Assembly (NCBI GenBank): GCA_965222375.1
Contig: CBDCTZ010000016.1
Span: 1,728,001 to 1,792,000 of the forward strand
Direction: 5' to 3'
Length of the DNA: 64,000 nt
DNA from: Polyangiaceae bacterium
Lineage (GTDB): Bacteria > Myxococcota_A > Polyangia > Polyangiales > Polyangiaceae
Shown: positions 39,084-48,030 of the stretch, in pieces
How positions within the stretch are numbered: position 1 is the first letter of the stretch
Layout of the letters: each line of letters opens with the position of its first letter
Program-made: the position numbers and the translations under genes
Notes under the pieces: generated by a model
Databases searched by the model: none
Told to the model about the DNA's origin: nothing
What the model saw: only the letters and a program-made list of their open reading frames with translations

Positions 39084-40511
39084 TCAGCACCATCGGACGC
39101 GAACGCGATACTTGAGCTTGGTCTTGCCGCGTGCCGGCACCTTCACGTCGAAGGTGAAAGTGAAAGCGTCCTTCTTCTTGTGGGGGTGGGTCGAGTCGAG
39201 GATCTTCCAATCACCGCCAATGGGTTCGAAGATCTCGACCTGCTCGACAGTGTCCTTGTGGTTGCGTAGCTCGATTTCCCACTGGCTCTCGGTGGTACAG
39301 CTGCCGATCTTGCGCCAAGACATCTGCTTGCGATCGCCCACGACGTCGAAGGCTTCGCCCATCTTGATGCGCACCTTTTCATCCCGCGGCGTGTGGTCGA
39401 TGCGATCTTCGCCGATGAACTGTTTGGCGCCACTCTTGTCGGCCTTGTAAACCCGCACGATACCCTTCGGCAGCGGAATGCCTAGCCCATTGCGCTTGGT
39501 GTTCTCGAGGTCGAGATAGACGCCGACCTTCTGGTTCTTCTGCACCGAGCCATAGCGACTGCGGTACCAATACCGCTTGCCGTAGTAGATCAGCTTCTTC
39601 CTGACCTTGGCGTTTTCGGCTTCGAGCAGCGTGACTTGCTTTTGCTCATTTTCGAGCACGTCAGTCGGCTTTTGCAGCGTGTACAGGTGGTACTCGAAGA
39701 AGCTCTCTTGGGTGAACTGCGCTTCGGACCTGTCTGCACCACTCTGAAGCATCGGTCGCCGCCGCCCCTCGCGTTCTGCAACGCGCTGTACGTCGCCGGC
39801 CACGAGCTTGAGTCGCGCGCCCTCGTAGGCCGCACCAGAGCGGTTGTTCAACGTGACCCAGCCGGTGAGATCTCCCCGGGTGTCTTTTTCGTTGATCACG
39901 AACACATAGTCCGCCTTCCACGTCATGTTGCGGGTCAGATACGTGACTTCGACGCGCTGCTTGGCCCTTTTGCTATCCAAGAGCCACACCAGGGTCGGCT
40001 TGCTCATCAAGTTCTCGGGCACACCCGGAAAACTCACCCGCCCCGGGAAGGAATAGGTGATCTCCCCGCCAATGTCGTAGACCGGCGAGCCGCCCTCCAC
40101 GCTGATTAGCTTCGCCTTGAAGGTCTCTTCCTTGCCCGTGCGCTTGTGGTAGCGATGCAGCTTCACCTGCTGGCCCACGTGTTTTTCGAGCAGCTTCTTC
40201 GGCGTGAGCAGGTCGAAGCGATAGTTCTGCTCCAACACGGAGAGGCCCGGCGCCTTGATCGATACGGTTTCCGGTTGGATCCTTGAGGCGACGTCCTTGA
40301 AGGACAGCGCCACTTTGCCCGTGCCCAGGTTCAGCTCGCGCACTTCCCGCACCAGTCCGAAGTTCTGGTTGTAGACGGTGATGCTGACTTCTTTGCGGTC
40401 CTCGGCGCCTGAAGACTTCTTTGCCGGCGCAGCGGCTGCGTTTCCCAACCACGCACTGGCGGTCAGGGCCGAGAGACCAAGCCAGAGCGAGCGAAACCTA
40501 CGTAGCCTCAT
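39084..40511 (-). CDS. DUF4139-like secreted protein, type A copy 3
   Basis: Close paralog; start MRLRRFRSLW. Confidence 0.85.
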   Translation of the reverse strand: MRLRRFRSLWLGLSALTASAWLGNAAAAPAKKSSGAEDRKEVSITVYNQNFGLVREVRELNLGTGKVALSFKDVASRIQPETVSIKAPGLSVLEQNYRFDLLTPKKLLEKHVGQQVKLHRYHKRTGKEETFKAKLISVEGGSPVYDIGGEITYSFPGRVSFPGVPENLMSKPTLVWLLDSKRAKQRVEVTYLTRNMTWKADYVFVINEKDTRGDLTGWVTLNNRSGAAYEGARLKLVAGDVQRVAEREGRRRPMLQSGADRSEAQFTQESFFEYHLYTLQKPTDVLENEQKQVTLLEAENAKVRKKLIYYGKRYWYRSRYGSVQKNQKVGVYLDLENTKRNGLGIPLPKGIVRVYKADKSGAKQFIGEDRIDHTPRDEKVRIKMGEAFDVVGDRKQMSWRKIGSCTTESQWEIELRNHKDTVEQVEIFEPIGGDWKILDSTHPHKKKDAFTFTFDVKVPARGKTKLKYRVRVRWC

Positions 40512-40513
40512 GA

Positions 40514-41983
40514 TCAACACCACCGAACCCGTACCCTGTAGGTCACCTTCGTCTTCCCTCGAGCCGGCACTTTCACGTCGAACTTGAAGGTCTTGGCGTC
40601 CTCCTTGGTGTGGCGATGACTCTCAGCCAGGATTTCCCAATCCCCGGCGATGGGCTCCATCACTTCGACCCGGATGTCTTCATCCTTGTGGTTGCGTAGT
40701 TCGATTTCCCAACTACTCTCCGAGCTGCAGAGCCCAAAGGGTTTCCAGGCCATCTGCTTGCGATCGCCGACCACGTCGAAGGCCTCGCCCATCTTGATCC
40801 GGATCTCTTCGTCCCGAGGTGTGTGATCGATGCGGTCTTCGCCGATGAACTGCTTGGCGCCCGCTTTGTCCGCCTTGTAGACCCGCACCGTGCCTTGGGG
40901 CAGGGGCATGCCCATGCGGTTGTCCTCGGTGTTGTCGATGTCGAGATACACACCGACCTTTTGGTTCTGCATCACCCGGCCGTATCGACTGCGGTAGAAG
41001 TGCCGGCCCCCAAAGAAGATCAACTTCTTTTTGATGCCGATCCCATCGGCCTGCAGCAAGGTGACCTGCTTCTTTTCCTTGTCGAGCAAGTCCGTGGGTC
41101 GAGCCAACGTGTATAGGTGGTACTCGAAAAAGCCCTCTTCACTGAATTGCTTCTGCGCTTCACCGCCACGGATCGTCGCGTCCATGGGCGCGGACGCGGT
41201 TTCCGTTATCAGTTGACGCACTCGCTGTACGTCACCCGCGACTAGCTTCAATTCCGCATTCTCGTAGCTGGTGCCGCTATTGTTGGTCAGGCTGACCCAG
41301 CCCGTCAGATCGCCGACCTCATCCTTGTTGTCCACCGTCAACACGTAGTCGGCGTTCCAATTCAGATTCTGTGACAGATAGCTCACCTCCACGCGCTGCT
41401 GCGGCAGGCCGCTCTTCAGGAGCCACACCAACGTGGGTTTGGCCATCAAGTTCTCTGGCACCTTTGGGAACGCAAAGCGCCCTGGGAAGTTGTAGGTTAC
41501 TTGGCCGTTGATCCTCAGCACCGTGCCCTTTTCGACTGCGAGCACTTCCGCGTCGAAGGCCTCTTCGGTGCCCGTCTTCTCGTTGTAACGATAGACCTTG
41601 ATCTTCTTGCCGACGTACTTCTCGAGCAGCTTCTGCGGGCTGAGCAAGTCGTAGCGGTAGTTCTGCTCCAACACGGACAGCGCATCGCCGCGGTCCAGGC
41701 TGTGAATGTGCACCGTCTCCGGCTGAATGTGCGCAGAGACGTCTTGGTACTCCAGTGATACGCGTCCTTTGCCCAAGTTGATCTTGCGGATCTCGCGCAC
41801 CAGCCCGAAGTTCTGGTTGTAGACCGTGATGGCGACCTTCTCGCGCTGCTTCGCGCTCGAGTCCCGCTTGGTCGCCGGTTCTGGTTGAGGTGGCTTCGCG
41901 GGTTTGTTCGCGGCACAGCCAACTGCGGCGATCAGCGTGGCGGCAAATACGGACAGCCGAAGGCGAGATTTGGAGACAAGCAT
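40514..41983 (-). CDS. DUF4139-like lipoprotein, type B copy 3 (first gene of the array)
   Basis: AAVGC lipobox; same core motifs. Confidence 0.85.
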   Translation of the reverse strand: MLVSKSRLRLSVFAATLIAAVGCAANKPAKPPQPEPATKRDSSAKQREKVAITVYNQNFGLVREIRKINLGKGRVSLEYQDVSAHIQPETVHIHSLDRGDALSVLEQNYRYDLLSPQKLLEKYVGKKIKVYRYNEKTGTEEAFDAEVLAVEKGTVLRINGQVTYNFPGRFAFPKVPENLMAKPTLVWLLKSGLPQQRVEVSYLSQNLNWNADYVLTVDNKDEVGDLTGWVSLTNNSGTSYENAELKLVAGDVQRVRQLITETASAPMDATIRGGEAQKQFSEEGFFEYHLYTLARPTDLLDKEKKQVTLLQADGIGIKKKLIFFGGRHFYRSRYGRVMQNQKVGVYLDIDNTEDNRMGMPLPQGTVRVYKADKAGAKQFIGEDRIDHTPRDEEIRIKMGEAFDVVGDRKQMAWKPFGLCSSESSWEIELRNHKDEDIRVEVMEPIAGDWEILAESHRHTKEDAKTFKFDVKVPARGKTKVTYRVRVRWC

Positions 41984-42163
41984 GAGCAGTCAGAGGGAAT
42001 GAGGCGCAAGGGACAACGCATGCCGCGCGCCCAGCTTACAGCCTCCTTGGGTAGCGGCACGAAGCGCAAATCGGACGGGCGCCCTCCCCAAAATGCCAAT
42101 GAGTCCCTAGGCTTACGTCCCGGGCGCCATGGAAGATGAGGAAAGTCATGTACCCTAGTGGTC

Positions 42164-43168
42164 ATGAGAACGGGGATTGTGACGACCGCACTGATATTTG
42201 TTGCCAGCTTGGCCTGCGCCTGCAGCAGCGATGACGACGAGAAACCCGCGCCGTCCGAAGGCGGCACCGGGGGCACGACGGGCTGGAAGGCCGCCGTCGG
42301 TGACGAGGGTGCGTTCGTGCAGACCTTCGACGACGTCAGCTGGCACGAGCGCACGCTGACCAACAAAGATCTGCACGCCGTTGCCTGCGTTGGGAACAAC
42401 GACGGATGGGCTGTGGGTGAAGCGGGCTATGTGGCGCGAACCCGAGATAGCGGTGAAACCTGGAGCGAGCAACAGGTCAACACCGACAAGACCTTGCGAG
42501 CCGTGCGCGTGACCGGCCAATTCTCGGGCGCCCAGGGCAAGTTCATCGGTATCGTGGCGGGCGACGACGGCACCATCGCCGTGACGGACACCGGCGGCGA
42601 CACCTGGCGCCTCGTCTCCACATCGACGAAATCCACACTGCGCTCAGTCGCGCTCTCTCACGGTGGCCAACTCATGTTGGCGGTGGGCGACGCTGGCGCC
42701 GTCGTGCGCTCCAAGGATCGCGGCAACACGTTCACCTCGGCGGTCATCCCCGGTGCAGGCGATCTCTATGGCGTCGCGATGGACACGAGCGGCGGCCTGA
42801 TTCTCGCTGTAGATCTCAGCGGCTCGGTTTGGGCAAGCCGCGACCTGGGCCTGAGCTTCGACAAAGAGCGGAGCTACGACCAGGGCCTCCGCGCCGTCGC
42901 CCTCTCCCACGATGGCAAGCACGCAGTGGTCTCGGGCAATGCCGGCTTGATCGGTGAATATGACGCCGCGTCGGGCTGGCGGCTCACCCCCGCCCAAACC
43001 CAACAGGACCTGCACGCAGCTCTCATCTCCCACGATGGCAAACGCAAATACGTGGCCGGCGCGAGCGGCGCACTACTGACCGGCGACGTGGATCCCGGCC
43101 ATTGGACGCCCGTTTCCCTCAAGGGAACGGTGACCCTGCGTGGAATGGAAGATTTGGACCCGCGCTGA
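42164..43168 (+). CDS. YCF48/BNR-repeat beta-propeller lipoprotein
   Basis: LACAC lipobox; repeated AVG..G...T.D.G.TW and DL.AV motifs. Confidence 0.8.
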   Translation: MRTGIVTTALIFVASLACACSSDDDEKPAPSEGGTGGTTGWKAAVGDEGAFVQTFDDVSWHERTLTNKDLHAVACVGNNDGWAVGEAGYVARTRDSGETWSEQQVNTDKTLRAVRVTGQFSGAQGKFIGIVAGDDGTIAVTDTGGDTWRLVSTSTKSTLRSVALSHGGQLMLAVGDAGAVVRSKDRGNTFTSAVIPGAGDLYGVAMDTSGGLILAVDLSGSVWASRDLGLSFDKERSYDQGLRAVALSHDGKHAVVSGNAGLIGEYDAASGWRLTPAQTQQDLHAALISHDGKRKYVAGASGALLTGDVDPGHWTPVSLKGTVTLRGMEDLDPR

Positions 43169-43215
43169 GCGGTGGAGAACGCAGCCATCGCGCGGAACGG
43201 AAGACCTTCCCCGTT

Positions 43216-43305
43216 CTAGTTTTTTGAAAGCAACAGAGCTGAACTAGTTCCCACCGCCCTAGCTTTTCTTGGAAGGCAACAGAGCTGAACTAGTTCCCAC
43301 CGCCC
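43216..43305. repeat. Direct repeat x2 (~45-bp period)
   Basis: gcaacagagctgaactagttcccaccgccc occurs twice. Confidence 0.8.
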
Positions 43306-43435
43306 ACGGCGTGGTGCCGCCCGCCCGCGGCTCGTCAGGGTGCAGCTACCCGCGAGAGTCCCCGCAGCGTCAGCACCGAGTTCGACCGCAGCTCTGTTGC
43401 CATCCCCAAAAACCAAAGACGCGCGACCGCGACAA

Positions 43436-43537
43436 TGTTCCAGTCGAGGTTGCCAGTCGAGGTTGCCAGTCGAGGTTGCCAGTCGAGGTTGCCAGTCGAG
43501 TTTGCCAGTCGAGTTTGCCAGTCGAGGTTGCCAGTCG
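43436..43537. repeat. 13-bp VNTR (CAGTCGAG[G/T]TTGC) x~7.5
   Basis: Units at 43441, 43454, 43467, 43480, 43493, 43506, 43519 and a partial unit at 43532. Confidence 0.9.
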
Positions 43538-43723
43538 TGGCAGTCAGGCCCAGCTGATGGCTGGTTCCGTGGCATTCCACCCACACCGCGGGGCGCTTGC
43601 ATGGGAACGGGACGCGGTTTCCGAGGGCCGGCTTTGCGCTGCAGTCCTTGCGGGGAATGCCGCAAAGAGCCGTGCGCCTTCGACCGCCGCTACCTGGCAT
43701 GCCCCTTGCGCTTCGTGCGCTTC

Positions 43724-44152
43724 ATGAACAGCATGAGTGCGCTCCTCAGCGCGCCCATGATCGTGACGCTGCTGGTGGCAGCCTGCAGTAGCTCAGGCAG
43801 TGGCGGTGGAGTTGTCGATGGCGGGGCTGCGACTGGCGGCACCGGCGCCGGCGGAACTGGTGGCGTCAGTGTTGGAACTGGCGGTGTCGGCATCGGAACT
43901 GGTGGCAAGCCGCAGCTGGACGCCAGTCTCGGCGGCAGCCCTGGCCGCGGTGGCGCGACCGGCGGGTTCGGTGGTACCGGCGGCTCTGGCGCGACCAGTG
44001 GATCCGGGGGCACGGGCGGCGGCAGCTCCTGCGCGCCCGCTTTCTGTCCGTCGGTAGGTGTCGGCACTCCGTGCTGCCAAGCCAACGGCGAGTGCGGCGT
44101 GGACATGGGGTTCGGTGCGGGCTGCGAGCCTCCCACTGGCGCCGACGTTTGA
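43724..44152 (+). CDS. Small Gly-rich lipoprotein with a Cys-rich C-terminal module
   Basis: LVAAC lipobox; GGT linker; CAPAFCP...CCQANGECGVD...C. Confidence 0.7.
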   Translation: MNSMSALLSAPMIVTLLVAACSSSGSGGGVVDGGAATGGTGAGGTGGVSVGTGGVGIGTGGKPQLDASLGGSPGRGGATGGFGGTGGSGATSGSGGTGGGSSCAPAFCPSVGVGTPCCQANGECGVDMGFGAGCEPPTGADV

Positions 44153-44266
44153 CGCCTCTTCAGTTGTACATCGCGGTGTTGCTTGGCGCCGCAGCGCAAG
44201 TCTCCTGCGGCGTCGTGCGTCGACATGCACCGCAAGCCTGTGGCAGGGTAGGTCGAGGGTTTCGAC

Positions 44267-45754
44267 TTGACTGACAAGCATATCGACACGATGCCCTTCG
44301 CTCCTGGCGGCGATGGGCCCATGGGTCACAACGGCGACTTCCGCAAAGATCGCCTTGGCGTGCTGCAAAAGCTTGCCGACGCAGAAGAGCCACTGATGCG
44401 GCTGCGTCTGCCAGTTCGCAGTGTCAAAGCTGTCGTGGTCAATTCGCCCGAGTTGATCCAAGAGTCTTTGGTCGATCACGGGCGCGTCTTCGACAAGTCC
44501 GGCATGCTGCGCTTCGCATTGTTCCCGCTAGCCGGCGAAGGGCTGTTCACAGCGAACGGCGAGCTATGGCAACGCCAGCGCCGCGTGATGGCGCCCATGT
44601 TTCAGCCTCGGGCCCTGGAGGCCTACGCCCGAGACATGGTGCAGATCGCCGAGCGCACTTGCGCGGAATGGAAGGACGGTGACTCCTTCGAGCTGCTCCA
44701 CGAAACTACGCGACTGACGATGAGCGTCGCGGGCAAGACGCTCTTTGACGCCGACACCTTCACCGAGGCCGACGAGATCGGTAACGCCCTGACCGTGGCG
44801 TTGTCTTGGACCGGATGGATGATCGGTCGGCCCTACGCCATCGCCCACGTGCTCACCCGGCGCAAGTTGGTCAATTCGCTGCATCGCTTTCCGGCTCCCA
44901 CTCGCCCCCTGGTCGAAAAAGCAATCGATCGCTTGCGCGGCCCCATCGCGCTCGTGGGCCGCCGTGGTCGCGAGCTGCGCAAGGCTCTCGCTGTCTTGGA
45001 CGAAACCGTGCAGCACATGATCGACGAGCGACGCGCCTCACCCGAACACCCCGGCGACTTGATGTCGAGCTTGCTGTCGGCTCGAGACGAGGACGACGGC
45101 ACGCAGATGAGCGATCGTCAGGTGCGCGACGAGCTGCTGACCTTGTTCGTCGCGGGACACGAAACCACCGCGACGGGTCTTGCCTGGTCGATCTACCTCG
45201 CGTCTCGCCATCCCGACGTCTACGCGGCGCTCGAGCGTGAGGTGGATGCCCTTGGCCACGAGCCAACGCTTGCGGATCTGCCCAAGCTGGGACTGTGCCT
45301 GCGCGTGTTCAAGGAAGCCCTACGCATGTATCCGCCGGTGTACATGTTCGGCCGCGATACGAATCGCCCCGTCAGCGTCGGCGGCTACGAGCTCCCCAAA
45401 AACACCAACTTCATGGTTTCGCCCTGGGCTCTACACCGAAAGGCCAGCCTCTGGCCCAACCCCCTGGTTTTCGACCCCGACCGCTTTCTGCCTGAGGCCG
45501 AAGCCGAGCGTCACCGCTACGCCTACCTGCCTTTCGGCGCTGGCCCCCGCACTTGCATTGGCAATCACTTCGCCTACATGGAAGCCCAACTCGCCCTCGC
45601 CGTGCTCTTGAGGCGCTACCGCTTCACATCCCACCGTGACGACGAGCCCTTCCCCGAAGCCACCCTACGCCCCCGCCACGGCGTCCCCGTCCGCATCACC
45701 AAGCGCCCGCAACCCCGGGTGAACCCCGTCGGCGAACGCACGGCTGAGTTGTGA
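44267..45754 (+). CDS. Cytochrome P450
   Basis: AGHETT I-helix, EALR (ExxR), FDPDRF and FGAGPRTCIG heme motif. Confidence 0.95.
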   Translation: MTDKHIDTMPFAPGGDGPMGHNGDFRKDRLGVLQKLADAEEPLMRLRLPVRSVKAVVVNSPELIQESLVDHGRVFDKSGMLRFALFPLAGEGLFTANGELWQRQRRVMAPMFQPRALEAYARDMVQIAERTCAEWKDGDSFELLHETTRLTMSVAGKTLFDADTFTEADEIGNALTVALSWTGWMIGRPYAIAHVLTRRKLVNSLHRFPAPTRPLVEKAIDRLRGPIALVGRRGRELRKALAVLDETVQHMIDERRASPEHPGDLMSSLLSARDEDDGTQMSDRQVRDELLTLFVAGHETTATGLAWSIYLASRHPDVYAALEREVDALGHEPTLADLPKLGLCLRVFKEALRMYPPVYMFGRDTNRPVSVGGYELPKNTNFMVSPWALHRKASLWPNPLVFDPDRFLPEAEAERHRYAYLPFGAGPRTCIGNHFAYMEAQLALAVLLRRYRFTSHRDDEPFPEATLRPRHGVPVRITKRPQPRVNPVGERTAEL

Positions 45755-46038
45755 GGGTGCGCAAGCTGTTCGGAACCTGCGCCATCGTCTTCGTCGTGGT
45801 GGCGTGCCAGACGACCAAGCCATCCCCAGCTCCGGCGAAAGAGACCGCGAGCCAGAAACTCAGCCCACCCCCAGCGGGGCCAGCGCCCGCATTGCGCAAG
45901 AAGTCCCTTGCGCAAGAGGTAAGCAAGCACAACCCGGCCGGAATGAAGCTCAAGCCGGACTCGGGCGAGATTTTCGGTCCCGGAGGACTTGGCCTCGGTG
46001 GGCGCAAGGTTCGGGGACTGAAGGACATCGACGACTGA
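45751..46038 (+). CDS. Small lipoprotein
   Basis: VVVAC lipobox; GTGA overlap with the P450. Confidence 0.5.
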   Translation: MRVRKLFGTCAIVFVVVACQTTKPSPAPAKETASQKLSPPPAGPAPALRKKSLAQEVSKHNPAGMKLKPDSGEIFGPGGLGLGGRKVRGLKDIDD

Positions 46039-46204
46039 GGACGGGCTCGGCGCGTGCCGAGCTGCAAGGCCGCCTCTAGTCGTAGACCTCACGCTCGCGC
46101 CGTGCCCGCTGGGCTCCAGCTCAGCGTAGCTCAGTCGGGATTTGACTTGGTGGAGGTGGCGCTAGTTCCGCGGGCGACGCAATCGACTGAATTGGAGTCC
46201 GCCT

Positions 46205-47518
46205 ATGAAACCTCCCCGCTTTCTATGCTCTCGAACCCTGGCCGCCCTCGTCCTTGGCTGCGCACTGTGGCAACCGTCGTGCGCTCTGCTGGGAAGCCCG
46301 GGCCCGTCCGACGTGAGTCAGGGGCGCCTATACCAGTCTGGACACTCAGGTTTCGATCCACTGTTCGTGAAGGTGCATGCGCTGCAGCTGGAGCTAGGCA
46401 AGGCGCCCAATCAAGAAGAGCAGATCCGAATCGCGCTGGCCCGGGAGCTAGACCTCGAATTGCAGGACGCGGAAGTCGTGACGCCGGCTGCCGCCCCGCC
46501 GAAGAAGAAGTCTACGCCCGCGGCTCCTTCTGCGGCTGGTGGAATGCTCGGAGGCTTTGGCGCGTCATTGAAGCAAACGGCGCTCGGAGCAGTGCCCGGC
46601 GGCGCCATGGTCGATTCGCTGCAGAAAAACGCGGCTGGGGTTTCGAAGTCCGTCGACCAGTTGCAGCAAGCCACCGCTGGGATCTCGAAGTCCGCTGACC
46701 AGCTGCAGCCGGGCGCCAAGTTGCCTGGCGCCGAGGCGGCGGGCTCGCCGGAAAGCGCGCCGCCACAAGCAAAGCGCAAGCTCGCTCCCGCAGTCGCCGT
46801 GCTCGCGGACGCTGTCGAAAAGAAACAAGCGTCAGCTCAGCCGCTGAGCTTCGAACTGACTGAAGACGCAGCAGCCGACGACGAAGTGATTGCGCGAGTG
46901 AGGGTCGCCGCCAAACCAGCACGGCCTGACAGTGTGGATCTGGCTCAGGCCGTGGAACAGGCAACCAACGATAGTATCCGCCTGCGTCGGCGCATGCAAA
47001 CGACGAGCAAGCAACTCCGGAGACTGTTGACGCAGATCCTGGCAGCTGACGTTCATGTCGATCTGAACTTCCGCAAAGGCGGCCCTCGCAAGCGGGCAGA
47101 AGTGCGCAAGAACCTCAACGATGCAGCATCGATGATCCAAGCCATGCTCAAGCGCGCCGAGGACGTGGAGGAAAGAGCAGACGAGTTAGTCCGTGCTCTC
47201 CGAAAATCCGCCCAAGCCCCCGCCGCTTCTGAGGGTGCAAAGATAGCCAAAGGGACGCAAGCTCCCGGACGAAAAGCCGCCAAAGGGACGCAAGCTCCCG
47301 GACGAAACGCCGCCGCGAAGACCAAGCGTGTCGCCTCCCGCGCCCAGGCCGGAGCGAAGACCAAGCGTGTCGCCTCCCGCGCCCACGCCGGAGCGAAGAC
47401 CAAGCGTGTCGCCTCCCGCGCCCAGGCCGGAGCGAAGACCAAGCGTGTCGCCTCCCGCGCCCAGGCCGGAGCGAAGAAGGAGCGCGCTGCCAAAGCCGCC
47501 GATGACTTTGAACCCTGA
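46205..47518 (+). CDS. Probable lipoprotein, coiled-coil, with basic C-terminal 13-aa repeats
   Basis: Signal peptide with Cys; (AKTKRVASRAQAG)x4; ends DDFEP. Confidence 0.7.
   Translation: MKPPRFLCSRTLAALVLGCALWQPSCALLGSPGPSDVSQGRLYQSGHSGFDPLFVKVHALQLELGKAPNQEEQIRIALARELDLELQDAEVVTPAAAPPKKKSTPAAPSAAGGMLGGFGASLKQTALGAVPGGAMVDSLQKNAAGVSKSVDQLQQATAGISKSADQLQPGAKLPGAEAAGSPESAPPQAKRKLAPAVAVLADAVEKKQASAQPLSFELTEDAAADDEVIARVRVAAKPARPDSVDLAQAVEQATNDSIRLRRRMQTTSKQLRRLLTQILAADVHVDLNFRKGGPRKRAEVRKNLNDAASMIQAMLKRAEDVEERADELVRALRKSAQAPAASEGAKIAKGTQAPGRKAAKGTQAPGRNAAAKTKRVASRAQAGAKTKRVASRAHAGAKTKRVASRAQAGAKTKRVASRAQAGAKKERAAKAADDFEP
47235..47478 (+). repeat. Coding tandem repeats (33-bp x2, 39-bp x4)
   Basis: gccaaagggacgcaagctcccggacgaaa x2; gcgaagaccaagcgtgtcgcctcccgcgccca x4. 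Confidence 0.85.
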
Positions 47519-48030
47519 TCAACTCGGCGCAAGTGCCAAGTCAGTCCTAAACCGTTCTCGCCGTCGCCCCGGCCATCCAAGTCCGCCGTGCACAAAACCA
47601 ACACAACCCAGCCCGCAGGTTGCCCGACACCGTGTTCCCGCCCGAGGGCCCATCTTTCTACAGCTCTCGGTCCGACCCGTCGGGCGCACCTCCTGGCTGA
47701 AATCCTGGGAAGAAGAACCGCCAAGCCGCTAAGACCCGCCAAGGCCGCCAAGCGTGGTTTCGAGCGAAGAAGTCGGTGTCACTGAGAGTGCAGTTTTGGT
47801 TGGTTTGGGGCTAGAGGGAGCGTGGAGGTCGATGTGATCTCAGTCTCAGAGCGCCGCAAGTGACTCCCAAACCAATCTTCCTTGGCGAGCCTGGCTTTCT
47901 TGGCGACTTGGTGGCCAACAAAAGCCTTTCCGTTGCCAAGGCCTTGTGTGAATCGGGTCTCAGCGGGCATCGTGGCAGCGGCCGTCCACGCCCGAGACTC
48001 AACCCGCGCCGGTCACGCTGCAGAAACCCG

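Noticed and set aside
37867..39450. Long antisense ORFs (also 2012-3061, 33316-34464, 48302-49252 and others)
   Set aside because: Shadow ORFs expected from high-GC codon bias opposite well-supported genes.
33220..41983. DGR-type mutagenesis or mis-assembly as the source of the variable loops
   Set aside because: The loops differ in length and at all four bases, not only adenines, and no template repeat or intact RT is present. Synonymous differences throughout the copies argue against an assembly artefact.
46120..46180. tRNA-like GCGTAGCTCAGTCGG
   Set aside because: No T-arm (GTTCRA) or acceptor stem follows.
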